From the NCBI GenBank assembly GCA_026023565.1, contig JAPETS010000002.1:1240001-1304000 (forward strand): a stretch of 64,000 nucleotides of DNA, written 5' to 3'. The notes beneath the pieces are model-generated. The model was given only the letters and a program-made list of their open reading frames with translations. It was not told where the DNA came from and ran no database searches. The stretch is from Cirrosporium novae-zelandiae (lineage: Eukaryota). Below are positions 1 to 13,438 of the stretch, piece by piece. Positions within the stretch are counted from its first letter, which is position 1, and every line of letters begins with the position of its first letter. The translations under genes were made by a program, and so were the position numbers.

Positions 1-1602
1 TAACAATTCCACGCCTGCAATTGTCAGTCACCGATAATGAGATAATCGATATGGTTTCAACGAAGAACCTATCAAGAGTTTCCGGCATAAATCTAGGGTT
101 TGATGAAACCAAAAAAAAAAACTAAAAAAACAAAAACAAAAAACAAGTTGATGAGAGGTAGAGAAGGATAGGACCTCCGGATTTTTAATCAGGGGTGATT
201 TTATACATACATACGTACATACCGCATGGACTGATAATGGCGCAACGCACACATCACATTCACTCAACATCCCTCCCTAACTTGTCTTAATCATTCTACC
301 CCCCTCGTTATAGAATGCTCTTGATTTTATTTACTACATAAGTTTATACTCCCTCTTATTATTTCCGAGTAAAGTAGGTAATTCTTAAAGCGTAGCCGGC
401 GCACGTATATTATATAGTCGGTTGTAGTTGTCATGAGCCAAAGGTATAAAAGAAGGCTAAGCCTTGTTATATTCCATGGTGGTGGCCACAACGAGTCTTA
501 GATGCACATCTACATCTACATGTATGTACTTACTACCTACCTTGCATGCACGCCACGCGCGCAGAGGTGAAGGAAAGGAAAAAGCTACACTTACACACTC
601 ACACTCATAAATTGTTTTTTTTTTCTCTTCACTATTCCCTCCCTTGTGGAGTAAGTAGTGTAGTGTAGTGTAGTGTAGTGTAGTTACTATAAAGTAATGG
701 TAAATAAATAAATAATTTTAAAGTACGTGTGTACATATATAATTGAAATTGTAATTGATGATGATAGATTAGTTAGTTAATTAAGTAAATCAATGTTTAA
801 AAACCCAATATGGATATATAAATATAGATATAGATATGAAAAGTTGGTATAAAGTATACTCAAAAGTAACCCAGGTAGTTAAATTTGTGTTTCCTGAATG
901 TTACGGTTTCATGCGAAAAACTTGCTTGGTTTTCATTTTTTGGGTGTGCCCTTTAGTCTAGGTCTTATTTATGCTAATTACTTTACATCTGCCTCGGTAC
1001 TTTTCTAATATGTTTTCCCTTTCCAATCGTAACACTGAACCTGCGTTTGCTTTGCTTGTATCTACATTCTAAAGAGCTTACGATAAATACGATGATTATA
1101 GTATGGTATGGTATGGAAAGTATGCAATACACCAACTAAACCAAACCAAACCCACTTCCAACTTCGAAAAATTCCAACATTCCAACTTCTAGATAGTCTA
1201 TCACCTAGTCTATAGAGCACAATATCTACTAACTTATCCCGTTCTAGCATCTAGCAGTAGCAAGGTGAATTTTGAATCCCATGCGAATACGAATACAAGT
1301 ACTCTACGTCACCCCTCGGCTCAGTAGCACTAGATATTATTATAAAACTAATAAACTACTATTTAGAATTTTAACAACAATTATAATAATAGCATAGAGA
1401 GAGAGAGAGAGAGAGAGTCATATGGTATTAAATGTGTACATTTAAAGTCAAGCTCCCTGCTCTAGTTAATTAGTACTTCCCGCTTCTACAGTAATTACCC
1501 TCTTAACAGATGTGGTATCTCGAAGGCTAATAATTAAGGACCCCTGGATGTCCCCCCCCCCCCACCACCCAATCAATCCACCTTCAATTAATCAACCCAC
1601 GG

Positions 1603-4600
1603 CTAGTTTAAAAGGGTAGGGTTCTCCTCAGCAAAAATCTGAGAGGGACTGCTGCTGCTTCGATTAGGTGGTGATACTGCGAATCGAGGGTTTGGTCCTT
1701 GGGAATTTGACCTGGTGGTACCTTCTTCCAAGCCGAGCCTTACTGTGGTTTCCAACTCGAAAACTTCTCGTCGTCCACTACGTCCTGCCATGGGAGGTTC
1801 AGAGATAATGCTGTCCGGACTAAATGGTGTTCCTGATACTGGCACCAGATTATTCCTATTTGGGATGTCACTTTCCAACTCATATATTTGTTGTTGGTGG
1901 GGATCTAAGTGCGTAATAGCTGTTCCGTCCAACTCTAGCAAAGGTCGATTTGGCTCAGCTGAGGTGTAGTCTTTGGACAGCCGGGATTTTTTAAATTTCA
2001 ACAGCTTGGGTGGGAGGCTAAAGCGCGAGAGAGTTGATGGCTTTAGCTGACGTTGCGATCCTTTTAAACTCTCATGGCTTGTGTGATGATTATCCTTCGG
2101 CTGAGGACTTCGAGAAGTGGGAAGCATAGCAAAAGAAGAATCAGATACAAACGTTGAATCAGGGCTAAAAGTCCCCAGCCAGTCGTCTACTCCCATTCTG
2201 AATGCCTCTCGCCCATCGGGATAATACGATGGTTCCATTCTTTCGAGATTTTCAGGATTATCTATCGATGCGTCTCCCTCGGACCCAATTAGTATCGACG
2301 TCTGTGGGATAAGGGACGGCGACGAGAATCTATGAGATATTTCTGAAATCCTGTTAGAACTGATGTTCGCAGGGTAGAGATATCGTTCGTTCGCATATGC
2401 GTCAATAGCTCCAGTAGCGCTCCCGGTACCATTGCGAGGCAATCAAAGCTCACATCGACGTGTACGATTTTCTGTTCTCCTCCTCATTATCGGAGGTGCG
2501 AATTTGATTTTGGGGCCCACTAGTGCAATATTAGCTCAATTATAAACAATCCTTGTAGCTGCACTCACTATTGGTATTTTCCTCGTAAAGACACCTAGGA
2601 AAGCCGCTTATTGGATAATACTTGAGATTTCCAGGGTCGTCGTCTAAGCAGAGTTCTATTGTGGTTTCTGCGGTCTTGTTCGCAACTTCAAATTTTAGTT
2701 GCATGGAGAATTTACTCTCTTCAACTATGGTATCAACAACATCAGATGTGAGGATGACCTTCGACCCTTCCTTTTCCCGGTGTCGTTCCTGTATGACAAA
2801 ATATGGGTCATAGTCACCTGGACCAGGAATTGTATTGTAAATTCTCTTTCTTCGTTCTTTCAGCACTTTGCCGAGACACCCGATCTCGTTGGACATGTTT
2901 GCAAACCTACAATAGATCTTTCCTGAGCAGCGAAACCAGCCATTTTCCAAATCAATAACCGAGACGGACTCGAAATAGAATGATGTAGCGAGGAGGTGGT
3001 CAGCCACATCTTGAATCGAGACTTTATTCTGCTCCTCCATAAAATAACGTCGAGTCATGCCCTGGAGATCTTCCAGAGAATCAACATCGTCAAGTTTAGG
3101 GGGATCTCCATCCAAGTGTAGGTTCAAACGGATGGATCGATCTTTGTACCTCCTCGGAGGAGAAACAGCAGCCATGTACTCTTTCCATTTTTGCTCTGAA
3201 TCTAGGCTACTTGCGATATGGTCTACCGCTATCTTGGTGAGTGCTTTGAGATGTGATATGATCCCGCGATGAGAAGGCTTTGCGGGAACCTCATCGGCTT
3301 TTGAGTTTTCGCTGACCCCTGTTCCAATGGATAGGATAACGTCCGGGTATGATTCTAGTACATCAGGCCAGATAAGCTTTCTCTCTCGATCGGCGATGTT
3401 TATTGGATTATTGTGATAGAGGGCTCCATCTAGATATAATTGTCTAGAACCCGAGTGAAAAAAACTCTTGAAGATGCGAGGAGCAGCAGACGTCGCTCTT
3501 GCTGCCTCCCAAATTTTCATTTCATCCGCGGCTTCTCCGACCTCTGGAATTTATATGGGCCGTCTTCAACATCACTGATCCTGTTATAATTAGCAATCAC
3601 CACAGCTTTTCCAGAGGTTGTCGTGGATGTCACGGCGACTTTTGTGATTTGATTGGATTGTGTAGATTTGCATTCCGTTCGCAGTCCGCCAAACAGTACG
3701 TCATCTCCAAACGCCTCCTTAAGAGTATTTTCCAACGGCTGTGTCTCATAACGGCTGTAGTTTGACGCGGCGACAATGAACTCGATTCCCGGGAAGCCAA
3801 TTCCCTTGCGTTTTGTGAATGCGCTATGGCACAACCTCTCAAAGAATTTCGAGCATTTCTTCACAGACCATCCCTTCGCTCCAAGGTCAAGAGCAATTAG
3901 GCCTCCAGTACTGGTTCCTACTATCAAATCAACAAAGGCTTGGATAGAGAGCTTATTGTCCCAGACTGATTCAATCTGCCGCAGTACTTCAAGCTCTACA
4001 ATACCACGGATACCTCCACCATCTAAAGTCAGGATACGGACGCCTGCTCTCGCCGGTTTTATGAATATTGGCCACGGCGTTGAGCTGGTGGCATTATCAA
4101 CATCCCACCGATCTTTATCGATATTATTGTCAGACTCGTTCAAGACTAGAATCGCATGGGGAAGAGATGGCTGATTCGACGACTTCTTCAGCGCAGTCGC
4201 TGCCCAATCGATGAGTTGCGTTATTACATTCTCGATGACCCTACATAGTAATCAAAAACCATGGTCGTCTTAAAGTAAAATCTGATATAGAAACTCCTTA
4301 CCTCGGATTTTTCAAGACATAGACGATGACATCGGAGAACGTGTACAGTAACCTAGAATAGAGATTCTTCACGACAAATTCCCGTCTTATTTAATCTCCT
4401 TGCGCCCAATATATCTCCCGTTCACAAGAGCAATTTTTGCGATGTGTTTGCTTGTTTAAAGCGCTGCCGGATTTTTGTTTAATTTCCTCAACCGCATGTT
4501 TAGACCACTTTAAACCTCTTGACTTGGCTCCCATTGGCTCTCGTTCGCCACCATCCAGGCCTTCACAATCAGAATACAGCATAGGGTTCTCGCTCTCAAA

Positions 4601-5865
4601 CGTTTCAGGGTCACAGTAAAGGTAGACATCTCCAGAAGTAGGAATGTCTTGATGCAAGACAGAGCCAATTACGGGAGCTGGTATCCCGTCCTTGTCCCGA
4701 GATTTTAGCTAATCAATAAATGTCAGCCCGAAAACGCTTGTGCTCTGGTGTTTAATAATACCTTTATTAATATTTTGATGAGGGTGCTTTTTCCATCTCC
4801 TATACACGGTTTAGAAAACGTGCTATAGGATCAGATGGGGAATAGGATTGCCTGTCTGACCAACAAACGAGACAAGCCCTGGATATCGTGGCCCTCGCTT
4901 CTTTGATGACTTTTCGGCCATTAGGTCTGCATATCTACCATAATCTTGGAAGATCATAGTATCGTATTCGTCTTTTGTCACACCAAACCATGTCGCTCCT
5001 TCATTTTGAAGATGAAACAGAGCTTGATGTTCATCATCTGTAATAGGTTTCAATACAGTTTCGATTTTGCGAGCAATGCCTTCGTCCGTTTTTTTCGTGA
5101 GGAATCCCACCCGACCAATCTGTATTTATGCGATGTGGAGTGCATTCATTCCAGCAGTGTTCGCAAAAAACTAAGCGGCACACATTGCAAAAGTATAGCG
5201 GCTTTGAAAGCGTACGACAGGGTTGGCAGTGGGGGCGTTCCTCCACAGTGGAAGCCTTTAACGCACTTTTTGTTTCTCGCGGATGATCATAGACGTTAGG
5301 GATTTCTAGAAGGTTCCTAGTCGCTGGCTGCGACTCATCTGGCATTCGTCGTTGGAGGGCGTTTGTGATCTGCTCCTGAGAGATTGGACTGCGATAATAG
5401 GGTTAATATTTGTCGAAGGATGCATTAACCACTTCATGATCATATGAAAGGATCAAGAATCAAGACCAAAGGAAGCATGTTTATGTGCCTGACCGGAATA
5501 GTCTAAATATACTTACTTCACCTGGCTTAAGTTATTAATGTCAAGCAAGCTTAATTCCTGTGCGATATCCCAGACGCCATTCTCTTGGCTAATTCTAAGT
5601 GTGAGAACTACTTTAAAAGACCATCTTACTATTTAAAGGGAATACCTTTCTTTCGAATCATCGATGGCTTTTTGGCGTGACTATGTAAACACGTCGATGG
5701 TAAGTCCTGATTCAGTGAAAATATAAGAACATATTATTATCTTACCTTAGGGGGACTTGATGCAAGATCGATAAGGTCATCGAACATAGATAGGTCTTGA
5801 TATGGGTTAAAAGAATTAAGCTTGGGCGAGGCTGCTTCTGATTCTGAGCTCGATGAGGGATCCAT
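1603..5865 (-). pseudogene. Degraded multi-domain patatin-like (iPLA2-type) phospholipase: Cys/His zinc finger, P-loop domain, patatin domain
   Basis: Patatin motifs DGGGIRG, GTSTG and LYLDGAL, plus WEAARATSAAP. Walker A GQTG|DGKST reads across an intron at about 4800-4851. CxxC..CxxC..FCxxCW finger at 5130-5230. Lesions: frameshift in a T7 run at about 5089-5095, in-frame TAA at 4391-4393, frameshift at about 3525, in-frame TGA at 2443-2445. The 5' exons (5400-5865) are tentative. Confidence 0.8.
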
Positions 5866-6090
5866 CAAATACAACTGACTAGAATGAGATGTTGTTGCAA
5901 GCACAATGCTAAATATTGGCAAGGAATTTGAAAGGATAATCTTGCTCCGATAGTCCAAGACAAGCACTGAAGTATTTAAACAAGAAGTGGGATCAGGCTA
6001 TAACAACCATGGTAGGAGACGTAAGACTGCCAAAAGTGTTACGAAAATAAATAAATTAACATACAGCATATCAAGGATGTATAATTAAAC

Positions 6091-6430
6091 GTAATGTTGG
6101 GAATAGACTAGGCTGACCAGACCAAAGCCCTCAGCCTGGTCGGTCTATAGAATAAGAGGCTTGGTCTGGTCGATCTAGACCGTCGGGTCACACAATGAGA
6201 TAGGAGTTTGACTGGCCCGTTAATAGTTATATATATAAGTCAGGGTCTTGGTGGAGGTTTGGGTGGTGATTTTCGCTATCACCACCAGCATTCTAGCGAG
6301 TGTTGTGAATAGGCCAGACCAAATAGTCGATCTACGCCAGACCGTCTATAGACCTTAGACCGACCAAACCAAGCTTTTGAATAGACTAGACCGAATAGAC
6401 CTTAAACAGTCAAGGTCTATTTGGTTTATA
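6091..6430. mobile_element. Putative DNA-transposon terminus relic with subterminal AGACC/GGTCT repeats
   Basis: Dense direct and inverted copies of (T)AGACC(G/A)ACC, hairpins at 6115-6171 and 6391-6426, and two similar starts (TGTTGGGAATAGAC near 6095, TGTTGTGAATAGGC near 6301). No transposase ORF is visible. Confidence 0.45.
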
Positions 6431-7938
6431 TAAATGCGAATTTTATGGTGGGGGGAATTTTGATAGTGTTGAGGTTTTTGGGGAAGGTTTTCAGGGTGAC
6501 TTTTTCCAACAGGCGCGAGGTTGGGGGGGATTCTTAATGACCCCGAGTTCTGGCGGTATTCAGCTTCTCAAACTGCCTACTCGAATAACAAGATTAGATG
6601 TAAACAAAGAAAAGTGTGTAACACAACTAACCTAGAGTTGGGCGACGACTAGGAGTTGGTCCTTGGCATAGGACGTCGAAGCTAAGGGCAACCAACTTCA
6701 GGTAGATTATAGCTCGGAAGCTGAGCTCGCCTCGTCGATATCACAATCAGAATCTTTGGATATATCCCATGCTCTGATTCCCCAAATGGCTTCAGGATGT
6801 CACAATTTCAGGACTGAATTACCAAGAACAACCTAGTCGCTCACCAAAATCCATCCACACTAGCTATCACTGAATGGCTAATAGTATTTGAAAACTCCCA
6901 TTGAGCTGGTTATTTTGATACTAGATTTGAAAGCAATAGGAAAAGACCTCAGAAGAGCATACGGGCAGTGCAACTCTAATAGTTATAACGCGAGAAAAAA
7001 AAGTAATAAGAGAAAAGGGTTTTCATCTGTACTCATTGGAGAGCCGATTGATTTTTTAGGCCTAGGCCCCTTCTGGAGCACCTTGACACTGGATAAGGTC
7101 CATCTTATAACGCCTAGGATAGGATTCTTATGAGGCTTAAATTTTGGTGTATAGCTGGTGTGGGTATGTTGACTTAAGGTCAAGTATCTGAAGTGGAGGG
7201 GCTCAACTATTTATACACTCTCCATCCCTGAATAATTCAGGGATATATGTCATGTGACTAGACCATAGAAGCAATTTTTTCTTTACAGATTTGGATTTGT
7301 TCTACGGCGGATATATAGGGTGTCTGAATTGTTCAATTGGTAATTAAGTTTAATTCTTCATATTTCATCTCATCTCAACTGGCTTTCGCTTTCAGTGTCA
7401 GCTATCGGTTTCCGTATCCCGCTTAGATGCGATGCAATGCGATACGATTGCGTACCAGACATAAAAACGCAGTAGTGGTAGTAGTAGTTTAAGGCAAGAA
7501 AGCCGGTTGGTTTGTCCAGTGAAGTAGTTCCCATCAAGTTCAAGTATTCGATTCGATTCGGTTCCCCTACCTTCCCCTCCCCGAGATGTTGGGCCAATAT
7601 GAGACTCTTAAACTCCATTTTCGACTCCCCCAAAGCGCCTTTACTCTATTTCTCCCAAGCCGAGGTCTGCCTCTGTATAAATCCGTTACTAGGGAGGAGG
7701 GGACCATGGCATGGCGAAGGTAGCTGTACAGAGAAGTTGATAGTATAAATGGGTCCATTGTTGAGCGTCTCCTTTGGCTTCTTTGTCCCATCTCTGCTGC
7801 AGCACAAGGTCTCCTCTCCGTCTCCTCCCTTCCCTCGTCCACCCTTTTCCCATTACTCACAGCTAGGAGCTTTTATCGCAAGGAGCCAATAGTGAGAAAA
7901 TAATAATCCTCTAAAGGAGTGCTCTTCTCTTAAGGCTG

Positions 7939-9380
7939 CTATGACGCAAAAACTCTGACGTTGAGATCCACACTTCCTGTTGCTATCACACATCTGATGG
8001 TGATATTCCCTGCCTGATCTTCACCCTTCTTTGTCCCATTGACACCATTAGTCTCGCCATTTGTTGCCGGTACATCCTTGATCACACCTGGCGCCCATCT
8101 TATACAGCTGACAAAATGGCCATGAACATCGTCAAGAGTTTTCACGCATTTACCCTCTTGAGTCAAGTCCCAACACCGTATGGTTTTATCATCGGACACA
8201 GATAGAAGATACTTGCCACCAGGATGGAAGACTAGGCCCCGAACCCAGTTGTCATGACCGGCAAGTGTCTTGATGAGTGTACCTCTTGCATCCCATATCT
8301 TAATCATTTTATCACGTGCACCAGTTGCTATGAATTCGGCGGAGCTGGAAGACGGAGGAGCTTTTCGAAGCCCGGCTAGCGTAGCTAGGTGAGGATAAGC
8401 TGCTGGTGGAGCGATCGTGACGCACTCGATCACATGTTCATGGCCAAGAAACGTAGCTTTCACTTCGCCGGTATTGGAATCCCAGAGTCGGGGAACCATG
8501 TCGTTTCCTACAGATGCAAGCCAGCGGCCGTCAAAGCTAGGAGCTACATCTCTAACCCAGTCTACATGGCCGCGGAGTGTCTTTACGCAGTAACCTGTTG
8601 TCACATCCCATACTCTCAGGCTTTTGTCACGGGAGGCGGAAACAAGAAGGTTGGAAGATGATGGGGCACCAGCAGCACCAGAGGGAATAAATCGAACACA
8701 GGATACCGAATGGTCGTGCCCCGGAAGTGTTCGTATGTTCTTGTATTCATCAGAGGGGTCCCAGAGCTTAATAGTTAGATCGGAAGAGCAAGAGGCAAGA
8801 AGTGTGCCGCCACGAGGGCCGCCAAAGTCAACGTCGAGGACCGCTTTTGTGTGCCCCTTGATAGTTCGCTCAAGCTCACCAAGCTCCCAATCCCATACCT
8901 TGATGGTGGTATCTTCAGAACCAGAGGCCAAAGAGGTGAAGATGGGATGGAATGCTACACAGGTTATGGGCAATCTATGCGATTGTAGGGTATGACGAGC
9001 AGGGGATCTGGGGAGCCAGCTCGTGGGATCTTGCGTGCGACGGGAGAGGGAGGTTGGAGTTGCTGAGTCTAGTTCATGTTGGAGTGCATTATTTCGTGAT
9101 TCAAGATCCATAATCTTCTTCTGTAGCCGCACCACACTGGTCCATTTCTTCTCCAATATCCCTTCATATTTCTTGCGAGTATGATCGTCAAAGGTTGATT
9201 GTTCTATTCCAAGTTCATCTCGTAACGCGTTGGCAGAATTCGAGAGGTTCGTGGAGGACAGGTAGGCAATAATTGCCTTGTGACTTCCAAGGCTATATCA
9301 GTAAAGAACTCAGGATATGGAGATGAGAGACTTGGAACCCACAGCTCTTCCGCCTGCCGCGAAGTGAGCAAATGGCTCAT
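7939..9380 (-). CDS. nudF: LIS1/NudF/Pac1 dynein regulator (LisH, coiled coil, WD40)
   Basis: Spliced N-terminus [21 protein letters not shown] (intron 9284-9342), [19 protein letters not shown] signature, seven WD40 repeats. Confidence 0.96.
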
Positions 9381-10575
9381 CTTGATATTATCTTCGGCGC
9401 ATCCACTCTTGGGCGCAATGTTGAGTTGATCAGGAATATATGCTCATACAGGTTGCACAAGATGACCGAAGAGGTTTCAAGGTGTTTGATCTATCTTGTT
9501 CTGATTATATATGTGTGGGGGAAGTAAGAGTGATGTAGAGTAAGACAGATTGGGTAATAAGTTGTTGGAAGCTACTAGAGTCCAGTAGCTCTAAGCGGTG
9601 AGGAACAAGGATCGGGGGGGGGGGGAGGGGGAAGGTTCAGATGAAGTAGGAGAAAGTTTCTCAAAGGTTATGGATATGAGCACACAAAAGAGATGATAGG
9701 ATTCAAATATTATGTAGAGAGCATTAGAAGGCTAGATGAGGAAGTTGTCGTCGTTAGTGTTAAGAGAAGTTTTCCCTGACGACGACGATGATGATTCTGA
9801 CCTTTGGGGGGTCTTTCTGCATGGACCCGAAATACAGAATGCAGTCTAGTTAGACTAAGGTGTCTAGAAGACGATTGGAAGACCCAAGGTGGCCCCCCCC
9901 CCAGTTAAAATGTTTGCACTGACCAAGAACATCCAGAATTTGTCCCGGATAGGTCAGTCTGGTTAGGGTAAATCAAGGGTCAATCAAGGGTTTCCAGGAC
10001 CTCCAGGACCTTCTTTGGGCTCCCACGGCTCCTTGTTGGGCTTGCCTTGTCGGCTACTTAGTTTTAGTTCTTGTCATCACCACCTGGAAACGCCATACTG
10101 CCCAACTTTAAGCCGGTAAACAAATCCATCTCCCCCAACTCCCCACCAACACCAACATTCTCCATCTCCGCAGCGACCCTTTTTTGTTCTTTAATCCTTT
10201 GCATCTTCAATCCTTCTAGAAATTCCTCTTGATTTTTCTGACGCGTTGATACCCTTTATGCACTTATATGAAACCTTGCTTGAAGAAGTTCTTTGCCATC
10301 AACTCCAAAGACATCAGACGAAGCCCTTTGAAAGTCGTCTCGCAGACTGATAATCATATTTTAAATACGGTATGTATTTGATTTGAGATACGCACAATGC
10401 ATATACCTCACTTGAACATCCTCTGACACTTTTCAACCTGCTGCTTCCCCTTACTCCATCACCCCACTACGGCGCGTTGCTTTTTCAAATTTATGACAGG
10501 ATGAAGAAACTGATCAGAAAATTTACAGATCCTGCACAGCTGAGAAAGCTTTCTCACCGCATATCTCTTTCCAAC

Positions 10576-13438
10576 ATGGCGGAGGCTGAAGAAGATTTCA
10601 GTGCTATGCCGATAGCAGATCGGTTTGTTCACAAGGTTCGATTGACATATTGCTTCATACCTGATTAGCGGTCAGTGCTAATATAGATGTGGCGTAGAAC
10701 TGGAAAATTCGGAAGAGTGGATATGAAGATGCTACTAAAGAATTTGAAAAAACTCCGGACGAGTCAGATCCAGCATTCAAACCATTCTTACAAGACCCAA
10801 ATCTATGGAAGGGTGCTGTGGCGGACTCCAACGTTGCGGCGCAAGCCGATGGCCTAGCAGCTTATTGTGCCTTTTTGAAATATGGAGGAGTAAATGCATG
10901 CACAAGGTAGGAATGAGATAAAGAATAACCTCACAGCAATCCCAGGTCACACAGCTTCTGACTTTGGCATTTTCTAGAACCCGGGGTATTACAGTTGGAC
11001 CAATATGCGAGAAAGCCCTTGCTTCTACACGGCCTGCCGCAAAACAGAGTGCTTTGGAAGCTTTATTACTTTGCATTGAGCTTGATAAGGCAAATCCCGT
11101 CGTTGAGGATATGATTCCTTTCATAGCACACAAAATTCCCAAGACTAGTTCAGCTACCCTCGCAGCCCTAAAAGCTATATATCACGCCTATGGATGCAAA
11201 ATAGTGGATCCTAAACCCGTTTTAAAAGCATTGACCAAATCTTTTGACCACAGAGATAAGAACGTACGCGCCGAAGCTCAACATCTTACCATTGAACTTT
11301 ACCGATGGCTAAGAGATGGAATGAAACCACTTTTCTGGGACGATCTGAAACCTGTTCAGCAACATGACTTGGATAAATTATTTGAAGAGGCCAAGTCAGA
11401 GCCTCCACCAAAGCAAGAAAGACTTCTAAGATCACAGCAAGAAGCAGCCGCCGCCGCTGCCGCCGCTGGAGTCGAAGAAGATGAGGATGCAGATGGGGCC
11501 GAGGAAGAAGAAGGCGGATTCGATGCTTTCGATGCACTTGAGCCACAGGATGTTTTCGCCAAAGTCCCCAAAGATCTACATGATAACTTATCTTCGGCGA
11601 AATGGAAAGATAGAAAAGAAGCTTTGGATGGACTTTTTGCAGCTCTCAATTCACCCAAGATAAAGGACGGGCCTTTTGACGAGATAGTTCGAGCTTTGGC
11701 AAAATGCATGAAAGATGCCAACGTCGCGGTTGTTACTGAGGCTGCAAACTGTGTGGATGTTCTGGCAAAGGGGTTGAGAAAGGGGTTTTCTAAATACAGG
11801 GGGGTGATTATGACACCAATTATGGAGCGATGCAAAGAGAAAAAGCAGTCGGTAGCTGATGCTCTATCCCGAGCTCTAGATGCCGTCTTCGCCTCATCAA
11901 GTTTATCAGACTGCTTGGAAGATATTCTGGAACATCTTAAGCACAAAAATCCTCAAGTCAAATTTGAGACTCTCAAGTTTTTAATTCGGTGCTTGAAGAC
12001 GACAAGGGATGTTCCACCAAAGCCAGAGGTCAAGTCAATCGCCGACGCAGCAACAAAATTGTTGACAGAATCTAATCCTGGGGTAAGAGAGGGTGGTGCG
12101 GAAGTTCTAGGTGTACTGATGAAAATATTGGGAGAACGAGCGATGAATCCCTATCTCGATGGTCTGGATGATATTCGGATGAAAAAGATCAAGGAATTTT
12201 TTGATACTGCGGAAGTCAAGGCAAAAGAAAAGCCTAAGCCTAAGCCCAAGCCAGTAGCTGCTCCTCCTAAAGCTGCTCCTGGAAAGAGAATGGTGAAGAA
12301 GGGGCCTGCTGGTCTGAAGAAACATGCGCCAGCTGCTGCATCATCACCAGTCGACGAAACCCCGGCATCACCCCCCGCAATAGCAAAGCCTGCTGGACGC
12401 GGACCGACATCAAGGCTCGCTGGTCCTAAGTCTGGTCTAGCAGCCCCCGGAGGTGGTCTCAAACTCCAAAAGAGACTTGTTGGACCTGGGGGTGCTAGAC
12501 CTCCTCCCTCTCCTCGTCGCGCTTCCTCCCCTGCATTCGAAGAAGAACCTGTCGCAGCACCTGCGCCAACTCCAAGAAGTGGGCTTGGTGGGCGTGGGCT
12601 AACAAATAGACCTCTAGGACGTGCACCATCCGCCGAATCTGCTCCTACATCCATGGCACCAATTTCTTCCGGCTTTTCTGCTCTTGAGCGGGCGGAGCTT
12701 GAAGAACTCAGAGCTGAGAAAGAACAGTATTTACGTCTTACCCAAATGAATGAGGACCTAAGGAGCGAGAAGACGAAGCTCCTGAGCCAGGTACATGAAC
12801 TGCAAAATCAGAATGCACAGCTTATTGAAGATCATACGAGAGACGTCCTTAGCATCAAGGCCAAAGAAACACAGCTTATACGAGCAAGGAGTGATGCCGA
12901 GACCGCTGAGCAATCCGTCCAGAAGCTACAAAGAGAGAGTGAAAGGTTAAAGCGTGAACTCGCAAGAACGGTCCGCGCCGCTAGCCCTCCTATGTCCACT
13001 CCCTTTGGCGAAATTGGCGAACAAATCTACAATGACGGCTCCCTCAACGGCCACTCGCAGCACCCTGAATTTCGAACCTCCCGCTTTGACTCAGTACCTT
13101 CAATCAACACCACATATATGAGTCGAGGACGACCATACCTTTCATCTCCTAGCGAAGAGAAGGAGAATGGAAGTGTAAGCAGTCTATCGAAGGCAGGAAG
13201 TCCCCCTCCATATTCGCATGATGGTAGGGACAGTAGCAGCAGGGGAAGTCCGAATAGAGGAATGAACACGCAGAATCAGAGCTCTGGAGAGAGTTGGAAG
13301 AGAGCGGCGGAAGTGACGAGCCAGTTGAAAGCTAGGATTGAGCAGATGAAGGTATACCTCACCGCGATATTATATTATGAAGTATAGTGATGCTAAAATT
13401 ATCAAATCTAGGCACGACAAGGCTTGAACAGACGATGA
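10576..13438 (+). CDS. STU2: XMAP215/Stu2/Alp14 TOG-domain microtubule polymerase
   Basis: MAEAEEDFSAMPIADRFVHK|NWKIRK TOG1 start, second TOG (SSAKWKDRKEAL), basic Pro-rich linker, coiled coil, terminal WKRAAEVTSQLKARIEQMK|ARQG. Introns at about 10636-10697, 10908-10977 and 13352-13411; probable 5'UTR intron at about 10370-10529. Confidence 0.93.

Noticed and set aside
3499..3545. Programmed ribosomal frameshift or stop-start (ATGA overlap) in the patatin gene
   Set aside because: There is no slippery heptamer, and several other independent lesions make pseudogenisation the simpler explanation.
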